DNA of 61,339 nucleotides from Alphaproteobacteria bacterium (GCA_021775895.1 JAJFGX010000071.1:1-61339); one strand, 5' to 3'; counted from the first letter of the stretch, positions 37,775-48,434 are shown. Notes: a model not told the origin generated them from the sequence alone. Numbers and translations are program-made.

Positions 37775-38494
37775 ATGTTTTATAGTCATGATAAGGAAAG
37801 CCATGTTGCGTTGGTATTAGATGAAAAGGAGAATGATGTGGAAGTAACAGAAAATCAAAAAGATTACTTTGATGAGGCTATGAATGTTATTGCTTTAGGA
37901 CGAAGACTTAAAGAAGAGTTTGAAGAAGAGCTTATGCCTTTACTAGAAAATATAGATGAAGAAGAATTATTAAAAGATGATGGTGCTATTCTTAAACAGG
38001 CTACTAATATTGGATATGCTTTTGCAACAGAATACTTAATAAAACGCACAGATAAGTGGCCAAAAGATGTTGTACGCTCTTGTTTAATGTTAGCAGCAAA
38101 AGAACACTACCCAAATACATTTAGAGTTCTGGTAGAAAATACTAAACATATAGATGAAGCTTTTTATGCGGAGCTTTATAAGGTAACTACAACTTCTCAA
38201 GATGAAGATTTAAAGGCTTATAAAAAGAAGCTGCTTGGCAAGGGTTGGCATATTAGAAAAAGTTATGAAATAGAGTGTGAGGATAATGGGATTAGAAATA
38301 TTTTTAATTTTGCATCTAGTTCTGTAATCACAATAGTAAATCTTGACGGTAGTAACGATGTTAAATATCGTGATTTTAAAGATTTCCAAACTGATGGTGA
38401 AATACGTATAGCCTATGAAAAACTATGTAGTTTTTCTGATAATCCACCTAAATATAGCAATAAAGACCAAAGATCGCACAGAGTTATTAAATAA
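37775..38494 (+). CDS. Hypothetical protein, paralog 1 of a tandem pair (degenerate ANK-like helical repeats plus a conserved C-terminal module)
   Basis: 239 aa. It shares '[14 protein letters not shown]' and '[34 protein letters not shown]' with 38710..39420. TTGACA-N17-TAGGGT is at 37711-37739. Confidence 0.75.
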   Translation: MFYSHDKESHVALVLDEKENDVEVTENQKDYFDEAMNVIALGRRLKEEFEEELMPLLENIDEEELLKDDGAILKQATNIGYAFATEYLIKRTDKWPKDVVRSCLMLAAKEHYPNTFRVLVENTKHIDEAFYAELYKVTTTSQDEDLKAYKKKLLGKGWHIRKSYEIECEDNGIRNIFNFASSSVITIVNLDGSNDVKYRDFKDFQTDGEIRIAYEKLCSFSDNPPKYSNKDQRSHRVIK

Positions 38495-38709
38495 TACCTT
38501 TTAATTAAATTATTTTATTGACATAGCGCAGATAGTGTGTTAAAGTTTTTTTGTAAAATAGATTGAGGTAGTTAATTATGGTCGTAGGTCATGAGGACTT
38601 GAGTTTTGTTACTGATATAGTCATTCCACTTGACTTTTACACGTTGTTATTACGTCTCTCACCCTAGATTTTACTAGGCTTCGTTCCTTATGCCTAGTGT
38701 AAAAATAAA

Positions 38710-39420
38710 TTGAAAAGACTATATGTGGAAAAAAAAGATAGGGGTAATATGATGGAAGAGCAGAATAAATTGTTTGATGAAGTAATGTCAATGATTAGTA
38801 GTGAAGGCAATGGAGAGCAGTTATTTAAAGACTATATATTGCCTTTATTAGAAAAAATTGATGAAGATACTTTATTAAGTCATAGTGCTAGCATATTGAA
38901 TAAAGCAGGTGATAATTCACATTTTCGAACAATAGAATATCTTATGAAACGTACAGATAAATGGCCAAAAGATGTTGTGCTGTCTTGTTTAGATAAGGCA
39001 GCTCGTCGTGGACGGCAAAATACATTTAAGGCCTTTTTAAATGATGGTGAAAATGTAGATGCTACTTTATTCAATAAATGGCACAGTATAGGTGATTCAG
39101 ATATAAGAAGAGTATTAAATGATTATAAAGATAATTTAATAGGTAAAAATTGGACGGTTACAGAAGACTATGAAATAGTTCGTGAAACTGAAAACAAGGC
39201 TATACAAGATAGGTTTAACTTTGGGGCTAGCTATGTACGAACTGTAGTTTATAACAATGGCTTAAGAGAAGTTAGAGAGCGTGATTTTAAAGATTTCCAA
39301 ACTGATAGTGAAATACGCACAGCTTACGGGAAATTGTGCAAGTTCTCTGATAATCCACCTAAATACAATAGTAAAGATCAAAGGTCACATAGGGTGATTC
39401 CTAATAAACACACAGTTTAA
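38710..39420 (+). CDS. Hypothetical protein, paralog 2 of the tandem pair
   Basis: The track start is TTG. The likelier start is ATG at 38749 ('MMEEQNKLFDEVM'), preceded by an AGGGG-type RBS. TTGACA-N17-TAAAGT is at 38518-38546. Confidence 0.75.
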   Translation: MKRLYVEKKDRGNMMEEQNKLFDEVMSMISSEGNGEQLFKDYILPLLEKIDEDTLLSHSASILNKAGDNSHFRTIEYLMKRTDKWPKDVVLSCLDKAARRGRQNTFKAFLNDGENVDATLFNKWHSIGDSDIRRVLNDYKDNLIGKNWTVTEDYEIVRETENKAIQDRFNFGASYVRTVVYNNGLREVRERDFKDFQTDSEIRTAYGKLCKFSDNPPKYNSKDQRSHRVIPNKHTV

Positions 39421-40898
39421 CTTGTTTGCGTGCCACCTACGGTTATACTATCAATTTTGATGGTTGGTTGCCCAACACCGACTGGAACGCCCTGCCCATC
39501 TTTGCCACATGTACCGATACCAGCATCCATTTTCATGTCATTACCAATCATGCTGACTTTAGTTAAGCAATCAGAGCCACTGCCGATTAAGGTTGCTCCT
39601 TTTACAGGGGTGGTTATTTTACCGTTTTCAATTAGATATGCTTCTGATGATTCAAAGACAAATTTACCAGATGTAATGTCTACCTGACCACCAGCAAAGT
39701 TTACTGCGTATATTCCTTTATCGACAGATTTAATAATATCCTCTGGAGTGTTTTCACCACCAAGCATATATGTATTAGTCATACGTGGTATTGGGGCGTG
39801 AGAATAGCTTTCTCTGCGACCATTGCCCGTAGGCTCTCTGCCCATTAATTTAGCATTCATTCTATCTTGCATGTAATTAACTAAAATACCATCTTCAATA
39901 AGAACATTTTTGGTACTTGGAGTGCCTTCATCATCAATAGTGATTGAGCCTCTACGTTCAGGAATTGTTCCATCATCAATAACTGTCACTCCCTTAGATG
40001 CAACACGCTTACCTAATAAACCAGCAAATGCTGATGTTCCCTTGCGGTTAAAGTCTCCTTCAAGTCCGTGACCTATAGCTTCGTGCAGTAAAATTCCTGG
40101 CCAGCCAGAACCTAAGACAACAGTCATCTCACCAGCAGGAGCGGCGACAGCCTCTAGTTTAACCATTGCTTGACGTATAGCTTCATCAGCCATGTCTTTC
40201 CAAGCCTCGTTTTCAAGGAATATATTATAGTCTTGTCTGCCACCTCGACCATCATGACCGCTTGCCATTTCTCCATCTTGTTCAAGTACAACATTAATAT
40301 CCATGCGGACTAATGGGCGAATATCAGCACAAGCTTGTCCTCCTGTTCGTAGTATTTGAATTGCACTCCATGAACCGCTAAGAGATACTGTTACTTGACG
40401 AATTAAGTTGCTTTTTTGACGAACATAACTATCGACATCTTGTAGAAGTTTGATTTTATCAGCAAATTCAACGCCTGCAACAGGATCATTTGCACTATAA
40501 AGTGGAGTGCTGGCAGGTGCAGGATTTTTTTGCCCTGATAAATTATGCACATCAGAATCATTTTGCTTGATTGTTTGAGTTAAAGATGCAGCATTTTTTA
40601 AAGAATCTAGACTGAAATCTGATGAATGAGCATAAGAAAAGCGATCTTCAACTACTCCACGCAAGCCAAAGCCTCTATCTGTATCAAAGCTAGCACTTTT
40701 TAAACGGCCATCGTCCCATGTAAGGTTTTCTGAAAGACTGTATTCCATGTATAATTCGCCATCATCACAGCCATGTAGAGCATTATTAACTATAGAGACT
40801 GTATCTTTTTGTTCAAATTCGGTATTATTGCCAAAGAACAAATCATTAGTTGTGGTTAGTGGATTATTAGCCTTTGATGATAGGATTTTATTTTGCAT
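39417..40898 (-). CDS. tldD: Metalloprotease TldD
   Basis: 'LHEAIGHGLEGDFNRKGTSAF' (HExxxH) and 'TNTYMLGG'; 493 aa. Confidence 0.9.
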   Translation of the reverse strand: MQNKILSSKANNPLTTTNDLFFGNNTEFEQKDTVSIVNNALHGCDDGELYMEYSLSENLTWDDGRLKSASFDTDRGFGLRGVVEDRFSYAHSSDFSLDSLKNAASLTQTIKQNDSDVHNLSGQKNPAPASTPLYSANDPVAGVEFADKIKLLQDVDSYVRQKSNLIRQVTVSLSGSWSAIQILRTGGQACADIRPLVRMDINVVLEQDGEMASGHDGRGGRQDYNIFLENEAWKDMADEAIRQAMVKLEAVAAPAGEMTVVLGSGWPGILLHEAIGHGLEGDFNRKGTSAFAGLLGKRVASKGVTVIDDGTIPERRGSITIDDEGTPSTKNVLIEDGILVNYMQDRMNAKLMGREPTGNGRRESYSHAPIPRMTNTYMLGGENTPEDIIKSVDKGIYAVNFAGGQVDITSGKFVFESSEAYLIENGKITTPVKGATLIGSGSDCLTKVSMIGNDMKMDAGIGTCGKDGQGVPVGVGQPTIKIDSITVGGTQTS

Positions 40899-40974
40899 GT
40901 TGCTTTCTCCTTTGCAAAATTAGAGTATCATCATATATAGTAATTTACACTAATAAAAATAAGGGAATGAAAAT

Positions 40975-42582
40975 ATGAGTGTTATTAAAAGCAAAGTTAA
41001 TGTTAGCTCTGCCGAGTTTCAAAAAAATACTTTGGCGATGCAAGAAGTAGTATCTGATATGAAAGAAAAATTAGCAGTCATTCGCCAAGGTGGACATGAA
41101 AAAGCTAGAGAAAAACATATTTCTAGAGGTAAATTGCTACCAAGAGATCGTGTTAATACTGTGTTAGATGCAGGCTCACCATTTTTAGAGTTGTCACAAT
41201 TCGCTGGCTATGAGGTTTATGAAGATAATGTACCTGCCGCTGGAATAGTTACTGGGATTGGCAGGGTTCAAGGTAAAGAATGCATGATTGTTGCAAATGA
41301 TGCAACGGTTAAGGGTGGCACTTATTTTCCACTTACAGTAAAAAAACATTTGCGAGCGCAAGAGATTGCAGCTCAAAATAACCTGCCTTGTATTTACTTG
41401 GTTGATAGTGGTGGAGCTTTTCTACCAATGCAAGATGAAGTTTTTCCAGATAAAGAGCATTTTGGACGTATTTTCTACAATCAAGCAAATATGTCTGCGG
41501 CTGGTATAGCTCAAGTAGCAGTTGTCATGGGTTCTTGCACAGCAGGCGGAGCATATGTGCCTGCAATGGCAGATGAATCTATTATTGTGCAAGGGCAGGG
41601 GACTATTTTTCTTGCGGGGCCTCCATTAGTTAAGGCGGCAACAGGCGAGGTTGTATCTTCCGAAGATCTTGGCGGGGCAGATGTGCATTGTCGTAAATCT
41701 GGTGTGACAGATCATTATGCCCAAGATGATGAACATGCATTGGCACTTTGCAGGCAGGTTGTGAGTAACCTTAATTTAAAGAAGCCAGAAGAGTTGGATA
41801 TTCGTGAGGTTGAAGAGCCTTTATATGATGCAGAAGAAATATATGGCATTATTCCAGATAGCACACGTAAGCCATATGATGTAAGAGAAGTGATTGCTAG
41901 AATTGTTGATGGAAGTAAATTTGATGAATTTAAAAAGCTCTATGGTGAGACGCTAGTTACAGGTTTTGCCCATATATTTGGCATGCCTGTTGGAATTATA
42001 GCCAATAACGGTATTTTATTTTCAGAGGCTGCGGTAAAAGGGGCTCATTTTGTAGAGCTTTGCTGTCAGCGTAAAATCCCGCTTTTATTTTTACAAAACA
42101 TTACTGGTTTTATGGTAGGACAAAAATACGAAGCTGGAGGTATTGCTAAAGATGGAGCAAAATTAGTTCACGCAGTTTCATGTGCAAAAGTACCAAAATT
42201 CACGGTTATCATAGGCGGTAGTTTTGGAGCTGGAAACTATGGCATGTGTGGTAGAGCCTATAATTCTCGTTTTTTATGGAGCTGGCCAAATGCAAGAATC
42301 TCCGTAATGGGGGCAGAGCAGGCGGCTAGCGTTCTTGCAACCGTAAAGCGTGATGGTATAGAGGCTAAAGGCGGTAAGTGGAGCGATAAAGAAGAAGCTG
42401 AATTTAAAGCTCCAATAATAGAGCAGTACGAGACAAAAGGTCACCCATACTACGCTAGTGCAAGGCTATGGGACGATGGTATTATTGATCCTGTAGATAC
42501 AAGAATTGCGTTAGCTATGGGCATGTCAGCCTCACTGAATACATCGATTGAAGATACAAAATTTGGTGTTTTTCGTATGTAG
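40975..42582 (+). CDS. Methylcrotonyl-CoA carboxylase beta subunit / acyl-CoA carboxyltransferase
   Basis: 535 aa with the carboxyltransferase two-domain pattern ('[14 protein letters not shown]', '[15 protein letters not shown]'). Confidence 0.85.
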   Translation: MSVIKSKVNVSSAEFQKNTLAMQEVVSDMKEKLAVIRQGGHEKAREKHISRGKLLPRDRVNTVLDAGSPFLELSQFAGYEVYEDNVPAAGIVTGIGRVQGKECMIVANDATVKGGTYFPLTVKKHLRAQEIAAQNNLPCIYLVDSGGAFLPMQDEVFPDKEHFGRIFYNQANMSAAGIAQVAVVMGSCTAGGAYVPAMADESIIVQGQGTIFLAGPPLVKAATGEVVSSEDLGGADVHCRKSGVTDHYAQDDEHALALCRQVVSNLNLKKPEELDIREVEEPLYDAEEIYGIIPDSTRKPYDVREVIARIVDGSKFDEFKKLYGETLVTGFAHIFGMPVGIIANNGILFSEAAVKGAHFVELCCQRKIPLLFLQNITGFMVGQKYEAGGIAKDGAKLVHAVSCAKVPKFTVIIGGSFGAGNYGMCGRAYNSRFLWSWPNARISVMGAEQAASVLATVKRDGIEAKGGKWSDKEEAEFKAPIIEQYETKGHPYYASARLWDDGIIDPVDTRIALAMGMSASLNTSIEDTKFGVFRM

Positions 42583-42603
42583 AGCAAGGGTGATTTATCA
42601 AAT

Positions 42604-43365
42604 ATGACACCATTATTTTTATACATTTTGCTACCTAGTATTCTAGTTACATCATTTATTTCAGGCATTTTTGGTATGGCTGGTGGCATGATTATGATGG
42701 GAATTATTGCATGGTTTATGCCGATTAGTGCAGCAATGGTATTGCATGGTTTTGTACAGATGGTGTCGAATGGTTGGCGGGCTTTTTTGCATCGCCAGCA
42801 TATTCAGTTTCAAATTATTAAGTATTATTTATGTGGGCTGGCTTTGGCATTGTCATTTTTTATGATGTTGCAACTGACTGTAGATAAGGGGCTGTTTTTT
42901 ATATTTTTGGGAGTTATGCCTTTTTTGCAGTATTTATTGCCTAAAAATATGGACTTGAATATTGAGCGTCCATGGCATAGCTTTTCAGCAGGAGCTATAT
43001 TTACATCTTTTCAGCTTTTATCAGGTACAAGTGGTCCTATTGTTGACCTTTATTTTATTAAAACAAGTTTTAATCGGCATCAAATAGTAGCAACAAAAGC
43101 CTTAACGCAAGCAATAGGGCATATTGTAAAAATATTTTATTTTGGCGTTTTTCTTGGCTTGCAGGGCGATAGTTTAGCTTTAAGTATTTATTTAATGGCT
43201 CTTATTGCTGCAATTGCAGGTACGACTATATCTAGTTTTGTTTTACACCGCATGACCGATAATCAGTTTAGAAAATGGTCTTATAATCTTATATCTATTA
43301 TAGCTTTGATATATCTTGCACGAGGCATTAATGAATATCTACCTTTTACGAGCCATTCTTTTTAA
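42604..43365 (+). CDS. TSUP (TauE/SafE) family membrane transporter
   Basis: 253 aa, ~8 TM segments, 'GIFGMAGGMIMMG' near the N-terminus. Confidence 0.6.
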   Translation: MTPLFLYILLPSILVTSFISGIFGMAGGMIMMGIIAWFMPISAAMVLHGFVQMVSNGWRAFLHRQHIQFQIIKYYLCGLALALSFFMMLQLTVDKGLFFIFLGVMPFLQYLLPKNMDLNIERPWHSFSAGAIFTSFQLLSGTSGPIVDLYFIKTSFNRHQIVATKALTQAIGHIVKIFYFGVFLGLQGDSLALSIYLMALIAAIAGTTISSFVLHRMTDNQFRKWSYNLISIIALIYLARGINEYLPFTSHSF

Positions 43366-43641
43366 GTAATGATCAAGTAAAGCACGATTGGTTGGGGTTC
43401 TAGCTGCTTTTTGTTGTGGTAATTCAATACTAGCAAGATCTGCTTTGAAATTGCCTCCTATAACCTTTGGTGCTTCATGAAGTGATGTCAGCGTGTTGTT
43501 TTTACAAACAAAATTACTTGGAATTGATGCAGTGTCATTAAAAGCACTAGATATAGATAGACCACTAGATGATTGTGGTATGCTATTGCACACATTATCT
43601 GGTATTCGTGGTATTATTTTTGGCGGTGTATGCCTAGTCAT
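43339..43641 (-). CDS. Small hypothetical protein (100 aa; track ORF trimmed to an internal Met)
   Basis: ATG at 43641 is preceded by AAGGAAATTTAC. The longer track ORF (to 43824) overlaps the upstream gene out of frame. The 3' end overlaps the convergent TSUP gene by 27 nt. Confidence 0.5.
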   Translation of the reverse strand: MTRHTPPKIIPRIPDNVCNSIPQSSSGLSISSAFNDTASIPSNFVCKNNTLTSLHEAPKVIGGNFKADLASIELPQQKAARTPTNRALLDHYLKRMARKR

Positions 43642-43660
43642 GTAAATTTCCTTAATTAAT

Positions 43661-44356
43661 TTAATATACGTTTCTGTTGTTTCTTCTTGGTTTTTGTTGA
43701 GCCCATTTTTTAAGTTTTTCATTTTCATTTGGTCTAATAAAGATTGGAGCAAGAAGACCAAGAAGCCCAAACACCATTGTTGACTTGTTAGTGTTTGAAT
43801 CAGCCATACAGGCTTGAACATCATCAGCCATAGTACTCAATGTTCTTGATGGGTCTTCTACGTCAGATGAGGCTTGGCACTCGTGTAGGAAACCTATATC
43901 ACCACGAGGCTTTAAATCTTCTCGTACATTTGTTGCAAAATCATTTATTAGTACTTCAGCATTTTCTTCTGATATTTTTTCTGTTTTAGCTAGTATGACA
44001 TTGAAAAAATCTTGTGATGCAGTTTTAAATGCAGATGATTGATTTGCAAAGTCTATTTCCAACTCATCTGTATTTATGCCTTTCATAATATAGTCTGCAA
44101 TATCATTTTTGCTCATTAATAATTCGGCTTTTTGTTCTTTTAGGCTTGTTAAGCGATTGTTGATATCGGACATAACGCTAGGTGATGATGTAATGTCATC
44201 TGTTCTTTCATCAACCATATAATATATAGAGCCAGTGGTTAAAACTACACCTGCTACCATAGAAGCAATAATGTTACGTGGCATATACTCTGACTCAACA
44301 ACCTGCTTTGCAAATTCATGCCTTAAAACTCTTAGTGGGTATGTGTAGTCTGCCAT
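43661..44356 (-). CDS. Hypothetical membrane-anchored protein
   Basis: 231 aa. One TM segment is near 'IIASMVAGVVLTTGSIYYMV' and another near the C-terminus ('MVFGLLGLLAPIF'). Confidence 0.6.
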   Translation of the reverse strand: MADYTYPLRVLRHEFAKQVVESEYMPRNIIASMVAGVVLTTGSIYYMVDERTDDITSSPSVMSDINNRLTSLKEQKAELLMSKNDIADYIMKGINTDELEIDFANQSSAFKTASQDFFNVILAKTEKISEENAEVLINDFATNVREDLKPRGDIGFLHECQASSDVEDPSRTLSTMADDVQACMADSNTNKSTMVFGLLGLLAPIFIRPNENEKLKKWAQQKPRRNNRNVY

Positions 44357-44431
44357 CGTTTTGCTCCTTTATATAATTAATAGATGAATATAACATAAAC
44401 ACAGAGCGTTGTCAATATGTAAATTAAGAAA

Positions 44432-45244
44432 CTATTGAAACTTGTTGTATTTACCAAAAGGTTGTTTAGGGTTTGCAGGCTTTGCTGTAATAATACCTCT
44501 GTTTTTAGAAGTTATTAGATTTGGTGTAGATAGAGCAACTGTCATTGCTTCAATATCACTCATAGTCATAAAGCAGCTTTCATTGTTGTTTATAACACTA
44601 AAGACTGCACCTGTATCAATGTAATAGCAGTTACCTAACCGTTTTGAACCGTTAGCTTGTGGAGTATGTCCAAAGAACAATCTATCTATGCCGTTAACGC
44701 CATCTTCTAGCTCTGAGCCAATGCGATCTCGTCCCCACAAAGCTATGTGAGTGGTTTCATCGTCTTGATTATTCAAGTTCTGAATAAAATCCTGCCAATT
44801 CATGTCTTTTGGCACATCGGCGTGTACAAGGCCAACAGAGCCTCTGGAGGTTGTTATTTCCATGGCAATTGGTAGTTTTGAGAATGCTTTGTGCAGTTCA
44901 GAGCGTTCTTGTGATGTTAAATCAATTACCCAGCCCATGCCATTTTGAATGTTGAACTTAGCCTTTAGATTGTCTAACTCTCCATCACTTGAACACATAT
45001 CCATAAATAAATCTTCATGATTACCACGTATAGCATGAAACCATGGTTTGTTTAAGAACTCTAGGCAACGGTGAGATTCTGAGCCTCTATCAATTAAATC
45101 ACCTACAGAAATAAGACGATCTACTTCAGGGTTAAAGTCAACATGAGCCATTGCTTGGTCTAGTAGGTTGTATGCTCCATGAACATCGCCAATGATAAAG
45201 TCACGACCTTTGGTATTTTCTTCTAATTCGATAAATATAGTCAT
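44432..45244 (-). CDS. Ser/Thr protein phosphatase (PPP/metallophosphoesterase, PrpA/lambda-PP-like)
   Basis: 'GDVHG', 'GDLIDRG' and 'RGNHE' motifs appear in the canonical order. Confidence 0.85.
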   Translation of the reverse strand: MTIFIELEENTKGRDFIIGDVHGAYNLLDQAMAHVDFNPEVDRLISVGDLIDRGSESHRCLEFLNKPWFHAIRGNHEDLFMDMCSSDGELDNLKAKFNIQNGMGWVIDLTSQERSELHKAFSKLPIAMEITTSRGSVGLVHADVPKDMNWQDFIQNLNNQDDETTHIALWGRDRIGSELEDGVNGIDRLFFGHTPQANGSKRLGNCYYIDTGAVFSVINNNESCFMTMSDIEAMTVALSTPNLITSKNRGIITAKPANPKQPFGKYNKFQ

Positions 45245-45323
45245 AGCTAGCCTCTCTAAAACATAGTAATTTTAGAGAAGTTAACACCCATAAACGCATT
45301 ATGCAATCTTTATTTAGGTGTGG

Positions 45324-46634
45324 TTATTGAAACTCAATAACTTGTCCACTAGCTTTACCAATAATTTCATCATTATGCATGACGGTATGTCCTGCTATGA
45401 TTGTATGTGTAGGCCAGCCTTGTACTTTCAGTCCATCGAAAGGTGTCCAGCCGCATTTGCTTTTCATCCACTCATTAGTAATAGTATGTTTTGCATTCAT
45501 ATCAACAATAGTAAAGTCAGCATCATAGCCTGTTTCAATGCGACCTTTATTTTTTATACCGTAGAGCTTTTGTGGGTTGTGAGCCACCATATCAACAAAA
45601 CGTTCCAATGATAAATGCCCAAGATTAACATGACTTAGCATTACAGGAACAAGAGTTTGTACTCCTGGCATACCGCTAGGGCTTTTTGGGTAGGGTTGAT
45701 TTTTCTCATCAATAGTATGCGGAGCATGGTCAGAGCCTATAATATCAACTGTGCCATTGGCAACGCCCTCCCATAATGCATCATGATGTTCTTTACTACG
45801 TATAGGCGGATTCATTTGAGCTAAAGTACCTAGTCTATCATAGCAATCAGGAGCATGAAGAGTAAGGTGTTGCGGTGTTACTTCAACACTTGCTATTTTT
45901 TTATGCTCTTTTAAGTTTTCCATTTCTTTGGCAGAGGTTATGTGTAGAACATGGATAGGGCGTTCTGTCCTGTATGCCAGCCTTAAAAGGCGGCTAGTTG
46001 CATTAAATGCTGTTGCTTCATCACGCCATACTGGGTGTTGATGGACATCGTTGCAATCATCTACCAATTTAGCTCGTCTTTTTAAGCGAGGTTCATCTTC
46101 GGCATGGATAGCGACACGTCTTATACCATGCTCAAGTATATGCTGTAGTGTCGCATCATCTTCTGTTAAAAGATTGCCTGTGCTTGATCCCATAAATACT
46201 TTAATTCCACAACAACCTTTGAGCTTTTCTAGAGTTGGCAATTGCTCGGCATTTTCTTTTGTGCCGCCAACAAAAAAAGCATAGTTGCACCACGCTCTAT
46301 CTTTTGCTCTATCTAGTTTATCTGTTAATGCCTCAGCAGTAGTTGTTAATGGATTGGTATTTGGCATTTCAAATATACTGGTAACTCCGCCAGCTATGGC
46401 AGATAAAGTGCCACTATCAAGATCTTCTTTATGTGTGTTACCTGGTTCTCTGAAATGTACTTGAGTGTCAATAACTCCTGGTAAGACATGCAGGCCATTA
46501 CAATCAATTTCTTCTGTGGCAGAGCTGGCAATTGTGCCTATCTCAATAATCTTACCATCTTTAACAGCTATGTCGGCACTGATGATTCCATCAGGTGTCA
46601 CAACTTGTCCATTTTTTAGAATTAAATCATACAT
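45324..46634 (-). CDS. pyrC: Dihydroorotase (amidohydrolase class I type)
   Basis: 'PGVIDTQVHFREPG' and 'IGSDHAPH'; 436 aa. Confidence 0.85.
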   Translation of the reverse strand: MYDLILKNGQVVTPDGIISADIAVKDGKIIEIGTIASSATEEIDCNGLHVLPGVIDTQVHFREPGNTHKEDLDSGTLSAIAGGVTSIFEMPNTNPLTTTAEALTDKLDRAKDRAWCNYAFFVGGTKENAEQLPTLEKLKGCCGIKVFMGSSTGNLLTEDDATLQHILEHGIRRVAIHAEDEPRLKRRAKLVDDCNDVHQHPVWRDEATAFNATSRLLRLAYRTERPIHVLHITSAKEMENLKEHKKIASVEVTPQHLTLHAPDCYDRLGTLAQMNPPIRSKEHHDALWEGVANGTVDIIGSDHAPHTIDEKNQPYPKSPSGMPGVQTLVPVMLSHVNLGHLSLERFVDMVAHNPQKLYGIKNKGRIETGYDADFTIVDMNAKHTITNEWMKSKCGWTPFDGLKVQGWPTHTIIAGHTVMHNDEIIGKASGQVIEFQ

Positions 46635-46679
46635 ATTATTTTTCCTTTTTTATTGAAGTTAGGTGTCAGTATTTTTAGG

Positions 46680-47366
46680 TTATATAGCTCTGTCCCCGAA
46701 AAGGGCAGAGCCTATACGAATACTAGTTGCTCCCATTTTTATTGCGAGCTCGTAATCATTACTCATGCCCATGCTTAATTTTGTAAGATTGTGGTGTGAT
46801 GCCATATCATGTAAAAGGGCAAAATGTGGAGCTGAAGGCTCATTAACTGGTGGAATACACATTAACCCCTGAATGTTAAGTTTGCAGTCTTTACGGCAGA
46901 ATTCCATGAATTCATCAAAGTGCTGTGGTGTGATTCCAGATTTAGTTGTTTCTTCTCCAGTATTGACTTGTATGTAACAAGGAATATTAGGTGCATCTTT
47001 TTGTAATGCTAATGCAAGTTTTTCACGGTCTAGAGTTTCAATTAAATCAAATATTTTAATGGCTTCTTTTACTTTATTAGTTTGTAGTGAGCCTATTAGG
47101 TGCAGAATAATATCTGGGTATTTATTTTTTAAAAGCACCCATTTTTCTGTAGCTTCTTGAACACGATTTTCTCCAAATAGCCTATGTCCTGCGAGTAGTA
47201 AAGGCTCTATTGCCTCAATAGGCTGAGTCTTACTGGCAATAAGTAGCGATACATCACTGTTATCTCGCTCGGCTTCTTTTGCTATTGATGCAATATTATC
47301 ATACAGCTCTTGCAACTTTTTTATTTTCAAGTCTTTGCTCCACTTTATCCCAAAATGTTTTTTCAA
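46680..47366 (-). CDS. yggS: PLP-binding homeostasis protein YggS family
   Basis: 'LIASKTQP..FGENRVQEA' and 'LSMGMSNDYELAIKMGATSIRIGSALFG'. The track start (TTG at 47366) overlaps gshB by 68 nt. TTG at 47330, 7 nt after GGAG, is more plausible. Confidence 0.85.
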   Translation of the reverse strand: MKKHFGIKWSKDLKIKKLQELYDNIASIAKEAERDNSDVSLLIASKTQPIEAIEPLLLAGHRLFGENRVQEATEKWVLLKNKYPDIILHLIGSLQTNKVKEAIKIFDLIETLDREKLALALQKDAPNIPCYIQVNTGEETTKSGITPQHFDEFMEFCRKDCKLNIQGLMCIPPVNEPSAPHFALLHDMASHHNLTKLSMGMSNDYELAIKMGATSIRIGSALFGDRAI

Positions 47367-48264
47367 GCTCTATACCATATAGATTATTTGCAGGTCTTAT
47401 AGTTCCGGGGGAAATTAAGTTAACCTCAGATAGGTAATCGCCGAGCATGTCAATGCCAACAAAAAATAGCCCAGATTCACGTAGTATAGGAGCCATTTCA
47501 CGGCATAAATTATATTCATTCTCAGTGATTTCAGTTTCTTCGATAGTTGCACCTAAAGTGATGTTCGCTGGTTTATCAGGCTCTGCAGGGACTCGCATTA
47601 AAGCAGCCACAGGTTCACCATCAAATATAATTATACGTTTATCACCTTTTACAGCCTCAGGAATATATTGTTGGACTATAAATATACTTTGAGTGTTCTT
47701 TCTATATTTCTCAAAAACTTCTATAGGGTCGCAATTATTAGTGATGCGATAAATGCTATCTCCGCCAAAGCCATCTATTGGCTTTAATATAATGTCAGAA
47801 TGTTCTTTATAAAAAGATAGTAGTGTATTGATATCATTGCCAATAGAATACGGCACTACGTAGTCCTTAAAGTCATTAGCAAATATTTTACCATTAATGC
47901 TACGTATCGAATGTGGGTTGTTTAAAATTAAAGTATTGCTGTCTACGTAGTCCAAAATATATGTGTTGGTCAGATAATTTTGATTTATTGGTGGATTTTG
48001 ACGCATAAGTATTACGTCGCAATCATTTAGTTTTAGTTTTTCTGTTTCTCCGATAAAGTGGAGGTCATTGCTATCGCCAGAATCTACTTTTATCTTTCTT
48101 GCCCAGGCATATGCAGTATTATCTTCAAGGAATAAATCATCAGCAGTATAGTAGTATACTTTTTCATATCTGATTGATGCTTCAGCACCAAGTAATAAGG
48201 TAGTTTCTTTTTTTGGATTCATTCTTTCAAGGGGGCAAGCGTGCAAAGCAATAGTTAGTGTCAT
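47299..48264 (-). CDS. gshB: Glutathione synthetase (prokaryotic ATP-grasp type)
   Basis: 'VILMRQNPP', 'GDKRIIIFDGEPV' and 'GIDMLGDYLSEVN'. Confidence 0.85.
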   Translation of the reverse strand: MTLTIALHACPLERMNPKKETTLLLGAEASIRYEKVYYYTADDLFLEDNTAYAWARKIKVDSGDSNDLHFIGETEKLKLNDCDVILMRQNPPINQNYLTNTYILDYVDSNTLILNNPHSIRSINGKIFANDFKDYVVPYSIGNDINTLLSFYKEHSDIILKPIDGFGGDSIYRITNNCDPIEVFEKYRKNTQSIFIVQQYIPEAVKGDKRIIIFDGEPVAALMRVPAEPDKPANITLGATIEETEITENEYNLCREMAPILRESGLFFVGIDMLGDYLSEVNLISPGTIRPANNLYGIELEKTFWDKVEQRLENKKVARAV

Positions 48265-48434
48265 TTTACTGATTCTTTCTTTTTAGTAGTATTTTGTTAA
48301 CTAATAGACCTTATTTTATACCATAGTTTTGTTCTAAAACAATGACTTCAAAAAATCTAGTATAATTTTTCTTTAAGTTATGTTATATTGTATGCAATCA
48401 AAGAAGCGAATAAAAAATTAGGGAGTGTGAACCT

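Noticed and set aside
43642-43824. The N-terminal 61 aa of track ORF 43339..43824.
   Set aside because: It overlaps the 3' end of 43661..44356 out of frame. An internal ATG at 43641 with an AAGGA SD gives a clean non-overlapping gene.
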